Of a DNA stretch of 64,000 nucleotides, positions 39,943 through 49,402 are shown piece by piece. This stretch comes from Cenarchaeum sp. Lineage in GTDB: Archaea; Thermoproteota; Nitrososphaeria; Nitrososphaerales; Nitrosopumilaceae. Both the position numbers and the translations under genes were made by a program. Every line of letters begins with the position of its first letter. Position 1 is the first letter of the stretch. The notes below the pieces were generated by a model. It did not search any database. It was not told where the DNA came from and was given only the letters and a program-made list of their open reading frames with translations. The stretch is from NCBI GenBank assembly GCA_965212015.1, contig OZ243037.1, positions 1,632,001 through 1,696,000 of the forward strand, read 5' to 3'.

Positions 39943-41346
39943 ATGTGCAGTATGGAGCTGGCAATCACTACAGGGCAGCTAGAGTCGAGCATGGGCGGCC
40001 CTAATCCCCCGCTGGTCCTTGACATGCGGGATAAAGACGCGTTCATGGCCGGCCACATTAGTGGTGCGGCAAATGCGCACTGTACGTCCGTACAGCAAAA
40101 GCAGGTCATACTATCCAAGCTTCCGCGCGGCGCCAAGATAGTGCTAGTCGACGGTGACGGGGCAGAGGCGCAGAAAAACGCCGCAATGATGGTACAGTTC
40201 GGCCTTGATGTGTGTTTTTTGCAGGGCGGAATGAATGGGTGGACTGCAGGTACCATACAGAGCGGACAGGACACCATAGTATCCTGCGACGGCCTGTACG
40301 GCATGATCAAAAACAGCGAGGACGTGCTGCTGCTAGACGTGCGGGAGACAGACGAGTTTTCCAGCTTTAAAATTCCCGGCGCGCTCAACATTCCACTCTC
40401 GGAGCTGTTTGCGGCAGACGCAGGCCGGATTCCTGCCGGCAAAAGAATTGTAACTGTCTGCTCGCACGGAAACCGCTCAAAGGTCGCCACGTTTGCCCTG
40501 GCGCAAAAGGGCCTCGAGTCGACGTCACTTGAGGGGGGAATGGCAGGATGGAACCAGGTGCTGGACCGGCGAATCGCGGTACGAAAGGACGGTTTTACCA
40601 TAACGCAGGTCGAAAAGATTGGCAAGGGGTGCCTCTCGTACATTATACAGTCCGGCGGCGAGGCCACCGTAATCGATCCCGCGCATCCGGCGTCCCGGTA
40701 TATGCAGTTTGCCGAGCAGGACGGATGCAGGATAATCCGGGTAATTGACACGCACCAGCACGCAGACCACGTGTCGGCGGCAGCCGAGCTGGCAGGCATG
40801 TGCGGCGCCGAGCTGTGCCTTGGCGGCATGGAGGAGTATACTATACAGGCAAGGCGCGTCGCAGAGGGCGACACGTTTGATACCGGCAAGACAAAGCTAA
40901 GGGCCATTCACACGCCGGGCCACACGGCAGGCAGCATGACGTATGTGCTAGACGGGTACGTGTTTTCCGGTGATGTCCTGTTTGTAGACGGGATTGGCAG
41001 GCCGGATCTCAGGGACCGGGCGCGCGAGTTTGCAGGCAGCTTACATGACACGCTGCACCGCCTGCTGGAAATTCCCAATGCGGTAATATTTCCCGCGCAC
41101 CGCGGCGAGCACACAAAATCTGCGCAAAATGGCGCATTTTACACCACCATACATCTGGCAAAAAAAATGCCGCTGCTAGAGCTGCCAAGGGACGAGTTTG
41201 TATCAAAGGTGGCAGACGCCGTCACTCCCACCACCCCGATGAACCATTCTGCGATAATCCGGATAAACAAGGGGCTGATGACAGTAAATCCGGGACAGAT
41301 TCCGGATCTAGAGATGGGGCCCAACCGATGCAGCATAAGCGTGTAA
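39943..41346 (+). CDS. Rhodanese-rhodanese-MBL hydrolase fusion (persulfide dioxygenase-like)
   Basis: Two rhodanese folds (the second with CSHGNRS); THQHADH, HTPGHT, GDVLF and PAH motifs. Confidence 0.9.
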   Translation: MCSMELAITTGQLESSMGGPNPPLVLDMRDKDAFMAGHISGAANAHCTSVQQKQVILSKLPRGAKIVLVDGDGAEAQKNAAMMVQFGLDVCFLQGGMNGWTAGTIQSGQDTIVSCDGLYGMIKNSEDVLLLDVRETDEFSSFKIPGALNIPLSELFAADAGRIPAGKRIVTVCSHGNRSKVATFALAQKGLESTSLEGGMAGWNQVLDRRIAVRKDGFTITQVEKIGKGCLSYIIQSGGEATVIDPAHPASRYMQFAEQDGCRIIRVIDTHQHADHVSAAAELAGMCGAELCLGGMEEYTIQARRVAEGDTFDTGKTKLRAIHTPGHTAGSMTYVLDGYVFSGDVLFVDGIGRPDLRDRAREFAGSLHDTLHRLLEIPNAVIFPAHRGEHTKSAQNGAFYTTIHLAKKMPLLELPRDEFVSKVADAVTPTTPMNHSAIIRINKGLMTVNPGQIPDLEMGPNRCSISV

Positions 41347-41801
41347 GATGCCTGTCAGTATGCCAGCCGTTTGCCGACCTGATAGTGTCCGGAAAAAAGA
41401 CAATAGAGCTTCGCAGCCGGAACACCCCCTTTAGGGGCGAGTTTTTCGTGCACTCGCCGCAAAGGGTGCGAAAACAGGATTGCAGGCGGCTAAGAGTCGA
41501 GCCGGGCGTGACAGGCGCGCTGGTAGGCCGCGCCGAGCTGTACGATGTAAAACGGTACGATACTATGGCGCAGCTCAAAAAGGACTCCAAGCTACACTGC
41601 GCATCGTATCGTTTCGCGTCTAGTCTCCCGTATTACGGCTATGCGCTCAAAAACGCGCGCAAGCTCCGGGTGCCCATTGCATGCAAGGGCATGCTGGGAT
41701 TCTTTTACACGGATATGCCTAGTGATGTAATTGACGCGGGAACCATTCAGAGGGACATTATCGACGATCAGTACAGGTACCAGTGGATAAACCGGCACTA
41801 G
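41328..41801 (+). CDS. ASCH-domain protein
   Basis: LSVCQPFADLIVSGKKTIELR motif. Confidence 0.88.
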   Translation: MQHKRVRCLSVCQPFADLIVSGKKTIELRSRNTPFRGEFFVHSPQRVRKQDCRRLRVEPGVTGALVGRAELYDVKRYDTMAQLKKDSKLHCASYRFASSLPYYGYALKNARKLRVPIACKGMLGFFYTDMPSDVIDAGTIQRDIIDDQYRYQWINRH

Positions 41802-41842
41802 GAATCTTACTATATATACCGCAGTCGTGGTTTTAGTACGAA

Positions 41843-42403
41843 ATGGCCCATACAAAGCCCATAGTCAGCATTGAGAATGTAGTGGCATCCGCATCAGTCG
41901 ACCAAAAAATCGATCTCAACGAGATTACAAAGAAAATTCCCGGCACAGAGTACAATCCCGAACAGTTTCCCGGACTAGTGTTCCGGCTGACCAATCCCAG
42001 GACTGCGACTCTCATATTCAGGACCGGCAAGATGGTATGTACGGGCTCCAAATCCGAAGAGATGGCAGTAAGCGCCGTGAGGACCGTGGTGCAGAGTCTG
42101 AGAAAAAAGGGCATAAAGATCAAAAAGGACGCAGTCGTAATCGTGCAGAATATAGTGGCCGCAGTAAACCTGGGCGGAAAGATACAGCTCGAGCGGGCAG
42201 CAAGAATCCTGCCGCGAAGCATGTACGAGCCAGAGCAGTTCCCCGGGCTCATCCACAGGATGCTGGACCCAAAGACCGTAATCCTCCTGTTTGCATCCGG
42301 AAAGCTAGTCTGCACGGGGGCAAAAAAAGAGTCCGATGTGTACCGTTCGGTGCACAACCTGCACTCGCTTCTGGAAGAGAAAAAGCTAATGACATACAAG
42401 TGA
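41843..42403 (+). CDS. tbp: TATA-box binding protein
   Basis: Two repeats of Y.PEQFPGL / F..GK.VCTG. Confidence 0.97.
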   Translation: MAHTKPIVSIENVVASASVDQKIDLNEITKKIPGTEYNPEQFPGLVFRLTNPRTATLIFRTGKMVCTGSKSEEMAVSAVRTVVQSLRKKGIKIKKDAVVIVQNIVAAVNLGGKIQLERAARILPRSMYEPEQFPGLIHRMLDPKTVILLFASGKLVCTGAKKESDVYRSVHNLHSLLEEKKLMTYK

Positions 42404-42440
42404 ATGTTAATATAATATTCTGGCACGCCTTGAAGGTGGA

Positions 42441-42800
42441 TTGGAAATTACGGTGGATCCGTGGAAAAAGCTCATAATCCACGAGATAATCGAGTACAGG
42501 TTTGAGGACTGGGTGAGGCAGATCGCCTTTAGCAGCAGGACGTCGGGGGGCGGAATCCCGACTATGCAGTGGGCAAACGGGATTGTCTTTTCACCAATGA
42601 CGTTTCCCACCACGAATTCCGTGATGGAGGAGCAGCTAAAGGGCATACTTCACTGGTCGTCCATATCCTTTGCGATAAAGGAAAAGTTTGAAAAGCAGAT
42701 TGTCCAGGAAAACGCCACCATCAACCTGGTTGATGTGAGCACCAATGACATTTTCAACAAGCTGGCAGACGATCTGAGGCTGCGCTCAAAATACAAGTAA
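42441..42800 (+). CDS. Hypothetical protein downstream of tbp
   Basis: 119-aa ORF (PWKKLIIHE, WANG). Confidence 0.75.
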   Translation: MEITVDPWKKLIIHEIIEYRFEDWVRQIAFSSRTSGGGIPTMQWANGIVFSPMTFPTTNSVMEEQLKGILHWSSISFAIKEKFEKQIVQENATINLVDVSTNDIFNKLADDLRLRSKYK

Positions 42801-42804
42801 AATG

Positions 42805-43464
42805 CTAGTTGAACCCAAAGCTGGTCTCCTTGACTAGCTGGCCGTGCACCGCCTTTAGCGTGTACGTCTCGCCGGACTCCCATCCGTCCCCGCCTGCAAT
42901 CAGCAGAGTCGTGCACGAGATGCCCTTCCCTATGGCGCAAGTCTCTGTCCAGACTGTCCCGCCTGCACCGTCTGACACCGACAGGTCCAGCTCTCCGGAA
43001 TAGTCAGAGACACCGGATATGGAGATTACGTCTCCTGCCGTGTATGTAGCAGCATCCGTGCTTATGATTAAATCGATTGGCTCTGCTGCCGGCACTGCCA
43101 GGCCAGAGTATGCCAAATATGCCGAATATGCGGCGCCTACAAAGATTACCATCAGTAGCAAGGCGGCTATGCCGAGTATGGCTTTTTTTGATCTGGGTCT
43201 GAACTTGGAGAGGATTCTGCGCAGCCGCCCTGGCCCCTTGGGCTCCGGCTCAGGTTCGTGTACGGGCTCCGGTGCCGGCTCATCGACTGCATCCTCGACG
43301 TACTGCGGCCTGACAAATGCGTCTGCCAGATCCTTTACGTATTTTCGCTCGTGTATGGATATGACCTCGTCTTGCTGCGCTGCGCGCCTTATCCTGTTCA
43401 GGGTGTTCACGTCGCCCTTTTCGCGCCTTAATAGCTCATTTACGTCATCGAGTATAGAATCCAT
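42805..43464 (-). CDS. Single-TM protein with Ig-like C-terminus
   Basis: Central TM; TDAATYTAGDVISISG. Confidence 0.7.
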   Translation of the reverse strand: MDSILDDVNELLRREKGDVNTLNRIRRAAQQDEVISIHERKYVKDLADAFVRPQYVEDAVDEPAPEPVHEPEPEPKGPGRLRRILSKFRPRSKKAILGIAALLLMVIFVGAAYSAYLAYSGLAVPAAEPIDLIISTDAATYTAGDVISISGVSDYSGELDLSVSDGAGGTVWTETCAIGKGISCTTLLIAGGDGWESGETYTLKAVHGQLVKETSFGFN

Positions 43465-43555
43465 CTGTATGTGGTGTGTGGACGGGGGATTTTATTCTTT
43501 GAGGTTGCCCTTACACCTGAAAGACTGTTATACCTGCCGGATCGGCACCACCATA

Positions 43556-43846
43556 ATGCCGCTGACCAACCCCGTGATTATACGGCTCAACGAGATTACC
43601 GTAATAGTCGAGGACAAGTCGAGTCCCACAAAAGACGAGCTGGATCTGATAAGGTCGGCCTTTGAGGTGATTCTCAGGGACGGCCACGACTATAACGTAG
43701 ACGAGATAGAGTCGTGGTTTGAGCACGAGGGCAGCTGGCACGACAGGGCGGTCAGAACCAGGATAACGAATCTCGCCCACTATGTCCAAAGCAAGCACGA
43801 GCAGACTTCCCGGCTAAAGATGGCGTCTGACGACTGCGGGTGCTAG
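43556..43846 (+). CDS. Hypothetical protein
   Basis: ATG 43556 follows a TTATA element; 96 aa ending CGC. Confidence 0.7.
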   Translation: MPLTNPVIIRLNEITVIVEDKSSPTKDELDLIRSAFEVILRDGHDYNVDEIESWFEHEGSWHDRAVRTRITNLAHYVQSKHEQTSRLKMASDDCGC

Positions 43847-44115
43847 GCCTCCAGCTTTGCGAGCAGCCTGCCGGCAATCTTTGCGTTTTCCTGCCGCTGC
43901 CGCATAATCTCGTCTTGCCTGTCCTTTGTGCCGGTATTGTTTGTGATCATTCCAAAGTATTCGTCGTCAAGATCATTGTTGCTCTGAAGCCGCTTTATCA
44001 CCTCGAATAGTATCCCGATTACCTGCTTTTGCGCCTCAATCAGCTCGTCTTTTTGATCGGCCACGCACTGTACGTCATTCCATTCTATTAATTTCCTTGC
44101 GAGGCCGTACCGCAC
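43843..44115 (-). CDS. Hypothetical coiled-coil protein
   Basis: 90-aa ORF overlapping the HD gene. Confidence 0.65.
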   Translation of the reverse strand: MRYGLARKLIEWNDVQCVADQKDELIEAQKQVIGILFEVIKRLQSNNDLDDEYFGMITNNTGTKDRQDEIMRQRQENAKIAGRLLAKLEA

Positions 44116-44621
44116 AGTCCGTCCAGGATTTTTTTTAGCTCGGGGCTGCGGACCGATTTTTTTGCCGTATCCAGAAACGAAGACAGCTCTATGTTATGGT
44201 CCGAGTATGATACTGCCTGCATTGCCATCTCTAGCTTGTCAATCTCGTGGAGCAGTTCTGACTCTGCTGTCCTGCCGCCTGTGTATTCGGCCCATATGCC
44301 TGTATAGTCCTGCCTCAGATGTATGGGCAGGCAGGCGAGGATCTTTTTCATTGCCTCCTGCTCCTTTGCCCTTTTTTCGTCTGCGGGCATCTGCCTTGGG
44401 GTAATGTCGCCTGTCAGCGATTCTGCAAGATCGTGCAAAAGTGACATCTTTACCAGCTTGTGCGTGTCCAGCCTTAACGCGTCTCCCATCACCATGGCCA
44501 TAATGCTTGTACAGTAAGAGTGGTCTGCGACTGACTCGGGGGCCGGTATTCCGGCGTCTGCCCAGCCCTGCCTTGGTATGGATTTCAGCCCGGCTGCAAT
44601 CCTGAAAAAATCCCCGATCAA
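44088..44621 (-). CDS. HD-domain hydrolase (YfbR/HDDC2-like)
   Basis: PRQGW, ESVADHS, LLHDLAES..GDI and DKLE motifs. Confidence 0.92.
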   Translation of the reverse strand: MIGDFFRIAAGLKSIPRQGWADAGIPAPESVADHSYCTSIMAMVMGDALRLDTHKLVKMSLLHDLAESLTGDITPRQMPADEKRAKEQEAMKKILACLPIHLRQDYTGIWAEYTGGRTAESELLHEIDKLEMAMQAVSYSDHNIELSSFLDTAKKSVRSPELKKILDGLCGTASQGN

Positions 44622-44624
44622 GGC

Positions 44625-44750
44625 CTAGAACTTTCTAGAGTCGCCCTCAAGCAGTCCGGAACCGTGGTGGATTCTGTCAATGTGCTTTGAGAGCTCCTCT
44701 TTGCCGTCAAACTCGGAATCACAATACGGGCATGCGCTTTTCTCTGACAT
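44625..44750 (-). CDS. 41-aa C2H2 zinc-finger microprotein (below ORF-track cutoff)
   Basis: Hand translation: MSEKSACPYCDSEFDGKEELSKHIDRIHHGSGLLEGDSRKF; C-x2-C-x12-H-x4-H. Confidence 0.8.
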   Translation of the reverse strand: MSEKSACPYCDSEFDGKEELSKHIDRIHHGSGLLEGDSRKF

Positions 44751-44816
44751 GCGTATAATCTCTCAGTCTCGGTATTAAAGAGTTCGAATAAATATCGCAT
44801 GCTCAACTGTACAACG

Positions 44817-45350
44817 TTGAAGATCTATACTAGAACGGGCGATGACGGGACCACCGGCCTTCGTGGAAACAGGCGTACTCCAAAGTCCGATCCCAGGATA
44901 GCCGCATACGGGGCGATAGACGAGGCAAATTCCGTTCTGGGAGTGGCCCTGTCGCATGATATGGATGCAGACCTGTCTGCAATGATTACGCAGATTCAGG
45001 GCGAGCTGTTTGTGGCAGGAGCAGACCTGTCAAATCCGGACATGAATGACGGCAAAAACAGGGTCACAGGTACGATGGTGGAAAATTTGGAGGCGCTAAT
45101 AGACGGATTGGAGTGCGAGCTCGAGCCGCTGACAAACTTTATCCTTCCGGGCGGGGACGGCGCTGCTGCCATGGTGCACCTTGCGCGGACCGTAATCCGG
45201 CGCGCAGAGACCCATGTTGCAATGCTGGATGCAAAAGAGACAAACCCGCACTGTATGGCGTATATCAACCGGCTGGCAGACCTTTTGTTCGTGCTGGGCC
45301 GGACCTGCAACAGGCGCAAAGGCCACCCAGAGACGGTCTGGAATCCGTGA
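44817..45350 (+). CDS. pduO: PduO-type cob(I)alamin adenosyltransferase
   Basis: KIYTRTGDDGTT, YGAIDEANS, FILPGG, RRAE and NRLADLLF motifs. Confidence 0.95.
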   Translation: MKIYTRTGDDGTTGLRGNRRTPKSDPRIAAYGAIDEANSVLGVALSHDMDADLSAMITQIQGELFVAGADLSNPDMNDGKNRVTGTMVENLEALIDGLECELEPLTNFILPGGDGAAAMVHLARTVIRRAETHVAMLDAKETNPHCMAYINRLADLLFVLGRTCNRRKGHPETVWNP

Positions 45351-45355
45351 ATCTT

Positions 45356-45420
45356 TCGTAGTAGGTTTAGGTTCAAGAGGGATCTTTGGATCAACAGGCA
45401 CCAGACCTAACAGGTTACAA
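45356..45420 (-). repeat. Palindromic dispersed mini-element, copy 2
   Basis: Reverse complement of copy 1 (45-bp identical core); flanked by ATCTTT direct repeats at 45351-45356 and 45420-45425. Confidence 0.85.
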
Positions 45421-45460
45421 TCTTTCTGACACATGCTTTATTAGTCGTGAAAATACGGCG

Positions 45461-46615
45461 ATGCCATTGATGTCCAAAAAAATACTGCACGGTATGGTGT
45501 TTTTAATTGCAGTCTCACTGGTGGGACAGGCGTATGCGGCGTGTCCGCCCATGATGTCGCCTCCTGATTTTACCATAATGCCAGACGATAACACGCAGGT
45601 GCTAGTCGCATATTCCCACCATGACAGGATGCAAAGCCTGGTAATAGCCCCCGCGTTTCACGGGACTGCCACGGAATTCGGAATGGTCCTGCCGCTGCCA
45701 GACAGGCCAGAGATTACAGAGGCGAAAGAGTCGATATTCGACGATCTAAACGAGCTGACCTATTTCCGGACGGATATCTGGGAGTCCTCGCATCAGGCAT
45801 TCTCGGAGGGAGTCACCGTAATAGACACAAAGGACGTGGGCGACTTTGAGACTACAACGCTTACCGCCGAGAGCTCCGATGCGCTAATCTCGTGGCTTGA
45901 CGAAAACGGATACGAATACACGGCAAAAGACGCGGCGAATTTCGAGTACTATGTCCAGAAAACGGGATATTACTTTGTGGCGCTAAAGGTGAACATGGGC
46001 GAGGCCGCGCTAGATGAGCACGGGGGAATTGACGGCAGGCTAAGGCCAGTAGAGTTTTCATTTACGAGCGAGGCGCCGATGCTTCCCTTTAGGAGCATGG
46101 CCTCTGACATGGAACAGATGAGCCTTACGCTGTATACCGTCTCTGACTATGCGTACTATGTTCCGGGGACGAACGTCTCATTTGCAGCGCCCATACATGA
46201 CAGCTCATTTGCCCATTTCGTTTTGGAACGGTATGATCCGGCCGGAAAATGGCTGGTCCGCATGGACATGGACTTTGATCCGTTAACGATTGAAAGAAAC
46301 ATTGTACTGTCGCGCGCAGACGATATAAGGGACTCTGTCCGGATAAACGACGACTTGCTGCCATCAGACAGCGGGGTGCTAGCAGGCACATTTCCCGCAA
46401 TAGACCTGCCACCATTTGCAGAGTCTGTCGCGCCGCTAAAGCAGCAAAAAAGCGGAATTCCGGCAGATGCCATAGAGTGCGCCGAAGACATGCAGCTCAT
46501 GCTGCGCCCGAACCAGCAGGGCGCCTGCATAAGCGCAGACAGCATAACCCCGCTGTCAGAAAAGCAGTGGCAGGTCTCAAACCACTATACAGACGAGCTG
46601 GCCAGAATATCGTAA
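45461..46615 (+). CDS. Secreted DUF2330-like protein with a C-terminal PLKQ..C-x15-C..W module
   Basis: Signal peptide; FGMVLPLP, WLDENGY, FVALKV and LRPVEFSF motifs. Confidence 0.75.
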   Translation: MPLMSKKILHGMVFLIAVSLVGQAYAACPPMMSPPDFTIMPDDNTQVLVAYSHHDRMQSLVIAPAFHGTATEFGMVLPLPDRPEITEAKESIFDDLNELTYFRTDIWESSHQAFSEGVTVIDTKDVGDFETTTLTAESSDALISWLDENGYEYTAKDAANFEYYVQKTGYYFVALKVNMGEAALDEHGGIDGRLRPVEFSFTSEAPMLPFRSMASDMEQMSLTLYTVSDYAYYVPGTNVSFAAPIHDSSFAHFVLERYDPAGKWLVRMDMDFDPLTIERNIVLSRADDIRDSVRINDDLLPSDSGVLAGTFPAIDLPPFAESVAPLKQQKSGIPADAIECAEDMQLMLRPNQQGACISADSITPLSEKQWQVSNHYTDELARIS

Positions 46616-46717
46616 TACGGATACCGCAGATCCAAGGTACCGGCAAAACCGGAAATTTCTGCGGCCTCGTCTGCAAGGGATAACCTTTAATTCTACAATC
46701 GGAAAAATTTTCCGTGT

Positions 46718-46791
46718 GCCAGGGTAGCTCAGCCTGGGAGAGCACTCGGCTGAAGACCGAGCTGTCGCGCGTTCAAGTCCCGCCCCTGGCA
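46718..46791 (+). tRNA. tRNA-Phe(GAA)
   Basis: GCCAGGG/CCCTGGC acceptor stem, CTCGG-CTGAAGA-CCGAG anticodon arm, TTCAAGT T-loop, T-run after. Confidence 0.95.
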
Positions 46792-46955
46792 CCTTTTTTT
46801 GTATGCCGTGCGGTGTATGGCGGATTCGGGCCCGGGATGCTTTGATGGACTATACGCATGGCCCAAGCTCAGGCCTGTAGTCGGGGATTGGCCGGCATGC
46901 CGTATTACCAATAAGGTTAAATGAAAACAAGACCCATACAAAAGCGTCAAAAACC

Positions 46956-47375
46956 ATGGATTTTAGCAAAATCTTCCAAGTAAAGACCTACCTTATGACG
47001 TACCTAGTGACGGCCCTCGCCGTAATCTCGTTTTCGCAGTTTATGGTGCAGCTATTCGGGCAGACCATACCCAACATTATCTGGACGTTCTTCAAGGACG
47101 TGGGCGAGGCATTCGTGCTGGCAGCGGTGTTTGTGTTTGCCTTTGCGTGGATACTAAAGGCCAGGCCGCACAACCGGCCCAAAAACTATTCCATAGTCGT
47201 CTTTGACGTATTTGGTAAAGAGGCCGCACTTGACGGGATAAGGACCGAATTCAAGACGCATGATGTGGCATGGAGCTTTATGAAGCAGTACAAGAAATCA
47301 TACCCCCTGTACAACTTTGCCCTGGTGTCTAGCACGCCCCAGGCGGCAAAAAGGACGATATTCCGGTACATCTAG
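46956..47375 (+). CDS. Membrane protein
   Basis: Two TM helices followed by a soluble tail. Confidence 0.75.
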   Translation: MDFSKIFQVKTYLMTYLVTALAVISFSQFMVQLFGQTIPNIIWTFFKDVGEAFVLAAVFVFAFAWILKARPHNRPKNYSIVVFDVFGKEAALDGIRTEFKTHDVAWSFMKQYKKSYPLYNFALVSSTPQAAKRTIFRYI

Positions 47376-47419
47376 CTTGTAAACTAGACTTTTATTCGTG
47401 GGTGTGTGGAAAAATCAAA

Positions 47420-49183
47420 ATGCAGTTCTCTGTATTGTCTGAGTCATTTGAAAGGATGGAGTCGACTGCCAAGCGGCTGGAGCTTACGGCTATTCTGGTG
47501 GAGCTGTTCCGGAATACGCCTGTTCCCGTACTGCCAAAGATAGTGTATTTGATTCAGGGCAAGCTGAGGCCGGACTATGAGGGAGTCGAGCTGGGAGTGG
47601 CAGAAAAGCTCGCCATTCGCGCAATCTCCAAGTCCTCCGGAGTTCCTACCAAGAAAATCACCAGTATATACCAGGAGGACGGCGATCTGGGACGCGCGGC
47701 TGCCAAGGCTATCCAGCTAAAGACACAGACGACGTTTCTAGTCCAGGACATTACAGTAGAGCGCGTCTATGACACTCTGCTAAAGATATCAAAGCTGTCA
47801 GGTGCCGGCTCGCAGGATATGAAGCTAAAGTATATCTCCAGCCTGCTCAATGATGCCACGCCGCAGGAGGCGAGCTTTTTGCTAAAGATTCTACTGGGCA
47901 CGCTCCGGCTTGGAATAGCGGAAAATACCGTAATGGACGCACTGGCTGTTGCCTTTACGCAGGACAAGAAAAACAGGGAGATATTAGAGCAGGCGTATAA
48001 CGTATCAAGTGACCTGGGCCGCGTGGCAGAGTCTGTTGCCTCTGACGGCCTGCAGGGGGTTGAGGACTATACGGTGGCAGTCTTTCACCCGGTGCGCCCA
48101 ATGCTTGCGGACCGCGTCAAAAGCGAGCGCGAGTCAATTGAAAAGCTTGGGGAGAACTTTGCAGCAGAGTTCAAGCTAGACGGCGAGCGGGTGCAGGTGC
48201 ACGTAAAGGACGGCCGTGCCGTACTGTTCTCGCGCAGCTTGGAGAACATTACGAGCTATTATCCGGACATTGCAGAAAAGATTCCCGGCATACTGAATGC
48301 AAAGGAGGCCATACTGGAGGCAGAAGCTGTAGCGATAAACGAGGACTCCGGCGAGTTTCTGCCGTTTCAGGAGCTCATGCATAGGAGGCGAAAGTACAAG
48401 ATTGAAAAGGCTGTATCAGAGTATCCGATTACCGTGAATTTTTTTGACGTCCTGTATGTGGACGGGCGCAGCTGCCTGGATAAGCAATATTCTGAGCGCC
48501 GCAAGCTGCTTGAGGGGATTGTGCCAGAAGGCGACTATGCAAAGTGCGTCCAGATGGAGATTGTGCATACGGAGGGCGACATTGAGGATGTGCTGGAGAA
48601 TAGCATCAATTCCGGATGCGAGGGCCTCATGCTAAAGATGCTTGATGCGCCGTACCGTGCAGGCTCGCGGGGAAGCTATTGGCTAAAGCTGAAAAGGGAG
48701 TACAGAAACGAGCTCGGCGACAGCCTTGATCTTATAGTGGTGGGTGCGTTTTTTGGCCGGGGCCGCAGGACGGGAAAATACGGGACGCTTTTGCTCTCCA
48801 CGTATAACGATGATGCGGACACGTACCCGAGCATCTGCAAGGTCGGAACCGGGTTTACCGACGAGTACTTGGACCAGCTGTACCAGCTGCTCTCGCCAAA
48901 GGTAATACTAAAGAAACACCCAAAGGTGGACAGCGAGATGGAGGCCGACGTGTGGTTTGAGCCCGAATTGGTAATCGAGATTGTGGCTTCTGAGATAACG
49001 CTGAGCCCGATTCACAAGACTGCGCTGAATGCTGTCAGAAAAAACAGCGGCCTTGCCCTGAGGTTCCCAAAGTTTACCGGAAAGATACGGACCGAAAAGT
49101 CAATAGAGGACGCATCGACTGACCAGGAAATAATTGCGCTGTTCCGGGGGCAAAAAAAGATATCGCAGAATTATCCGGGTTAA
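47420..49183 (+). CDS. lig: ATP-dependent DNA ligase
   Basis: EFKLDGERVQ, EGLMLK, WLKLK and LRFP motifs. Confidence 0.97.
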   Translation: MQFSVLSESFERMESTAKRLELTAILVELFRNTPVPVLPKIVYLIQGKLRPDYEGVELGVAEKLAIRAISKSSGVPTKKITSIYQEDGDLGRAAAKAIQLKTQTTFLVQDITVERVYDTLLKISKLSGAGSQDMKLKYISSLLNDATPQEASFLLKILLGTLRLGIAENTVMDALAVAFTQDKKNREILEQAYNVSSDLGRVAESVASDGLQGVEDYTVAVFHPVRPMLADRVKSERESIEKLGENFAAEFKLDGERVQVHVKDGRAVLFSRSLENITSYYPDIAEKIPGILNAKEAILEAEAVAINEDSGEFLPFQELMHRRRKYKIEKAVSEYPITVNFFDVLYVDGRSCLDKQYSERRKLLEGIVPEGDYAKCVQMEIVHTEGDIEDVLENSINSGCEGLMLKMLDAPYRAGSRGSYWLKLKREYRNELGDSLDLIVVGAFFGRGRRTGKYGTLLLSTYNDDADTYPSICKVGTGFTDEYLDQLYQLLSPKVILKKHPKVDSEMEADVWFEPELVIEIVASEITLSPIHKTALNAVRKNSGLALRFPKFTGKIRTEKSIEDASTDQEIIALFRGQKKISQNYPG

Positions 49184-49339
49184 TGGACTAGGCAACTCAG
49201 GAAGCATAAAGTTCATCATAGAAGGCAGGAAGATTACAGTAAAGACAGAACACAAGTGATTATGACAACAAACGAATATTTTTTAGACACTCACAAATAT
49301 AACAGGCTAAAATCTATCTCCGTTATCTTGACACGCACA

Positions 49340-49373
49340 CGCCTACAGGCTTACATCGCCTACAGGCTTACAT
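49340..49373 (+). repeat. Perfect 17-bp tandem duplication CGCCTACAGGCTTACAT x2
   Basis: Read directly; overlaps TTACATAAAA ~35 nt before the MTase start. Confidence 0.9.
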
Positions 49374-49402
49374 AAAACAAGACCAATTTTCGAGGAGCCG
49401 CT

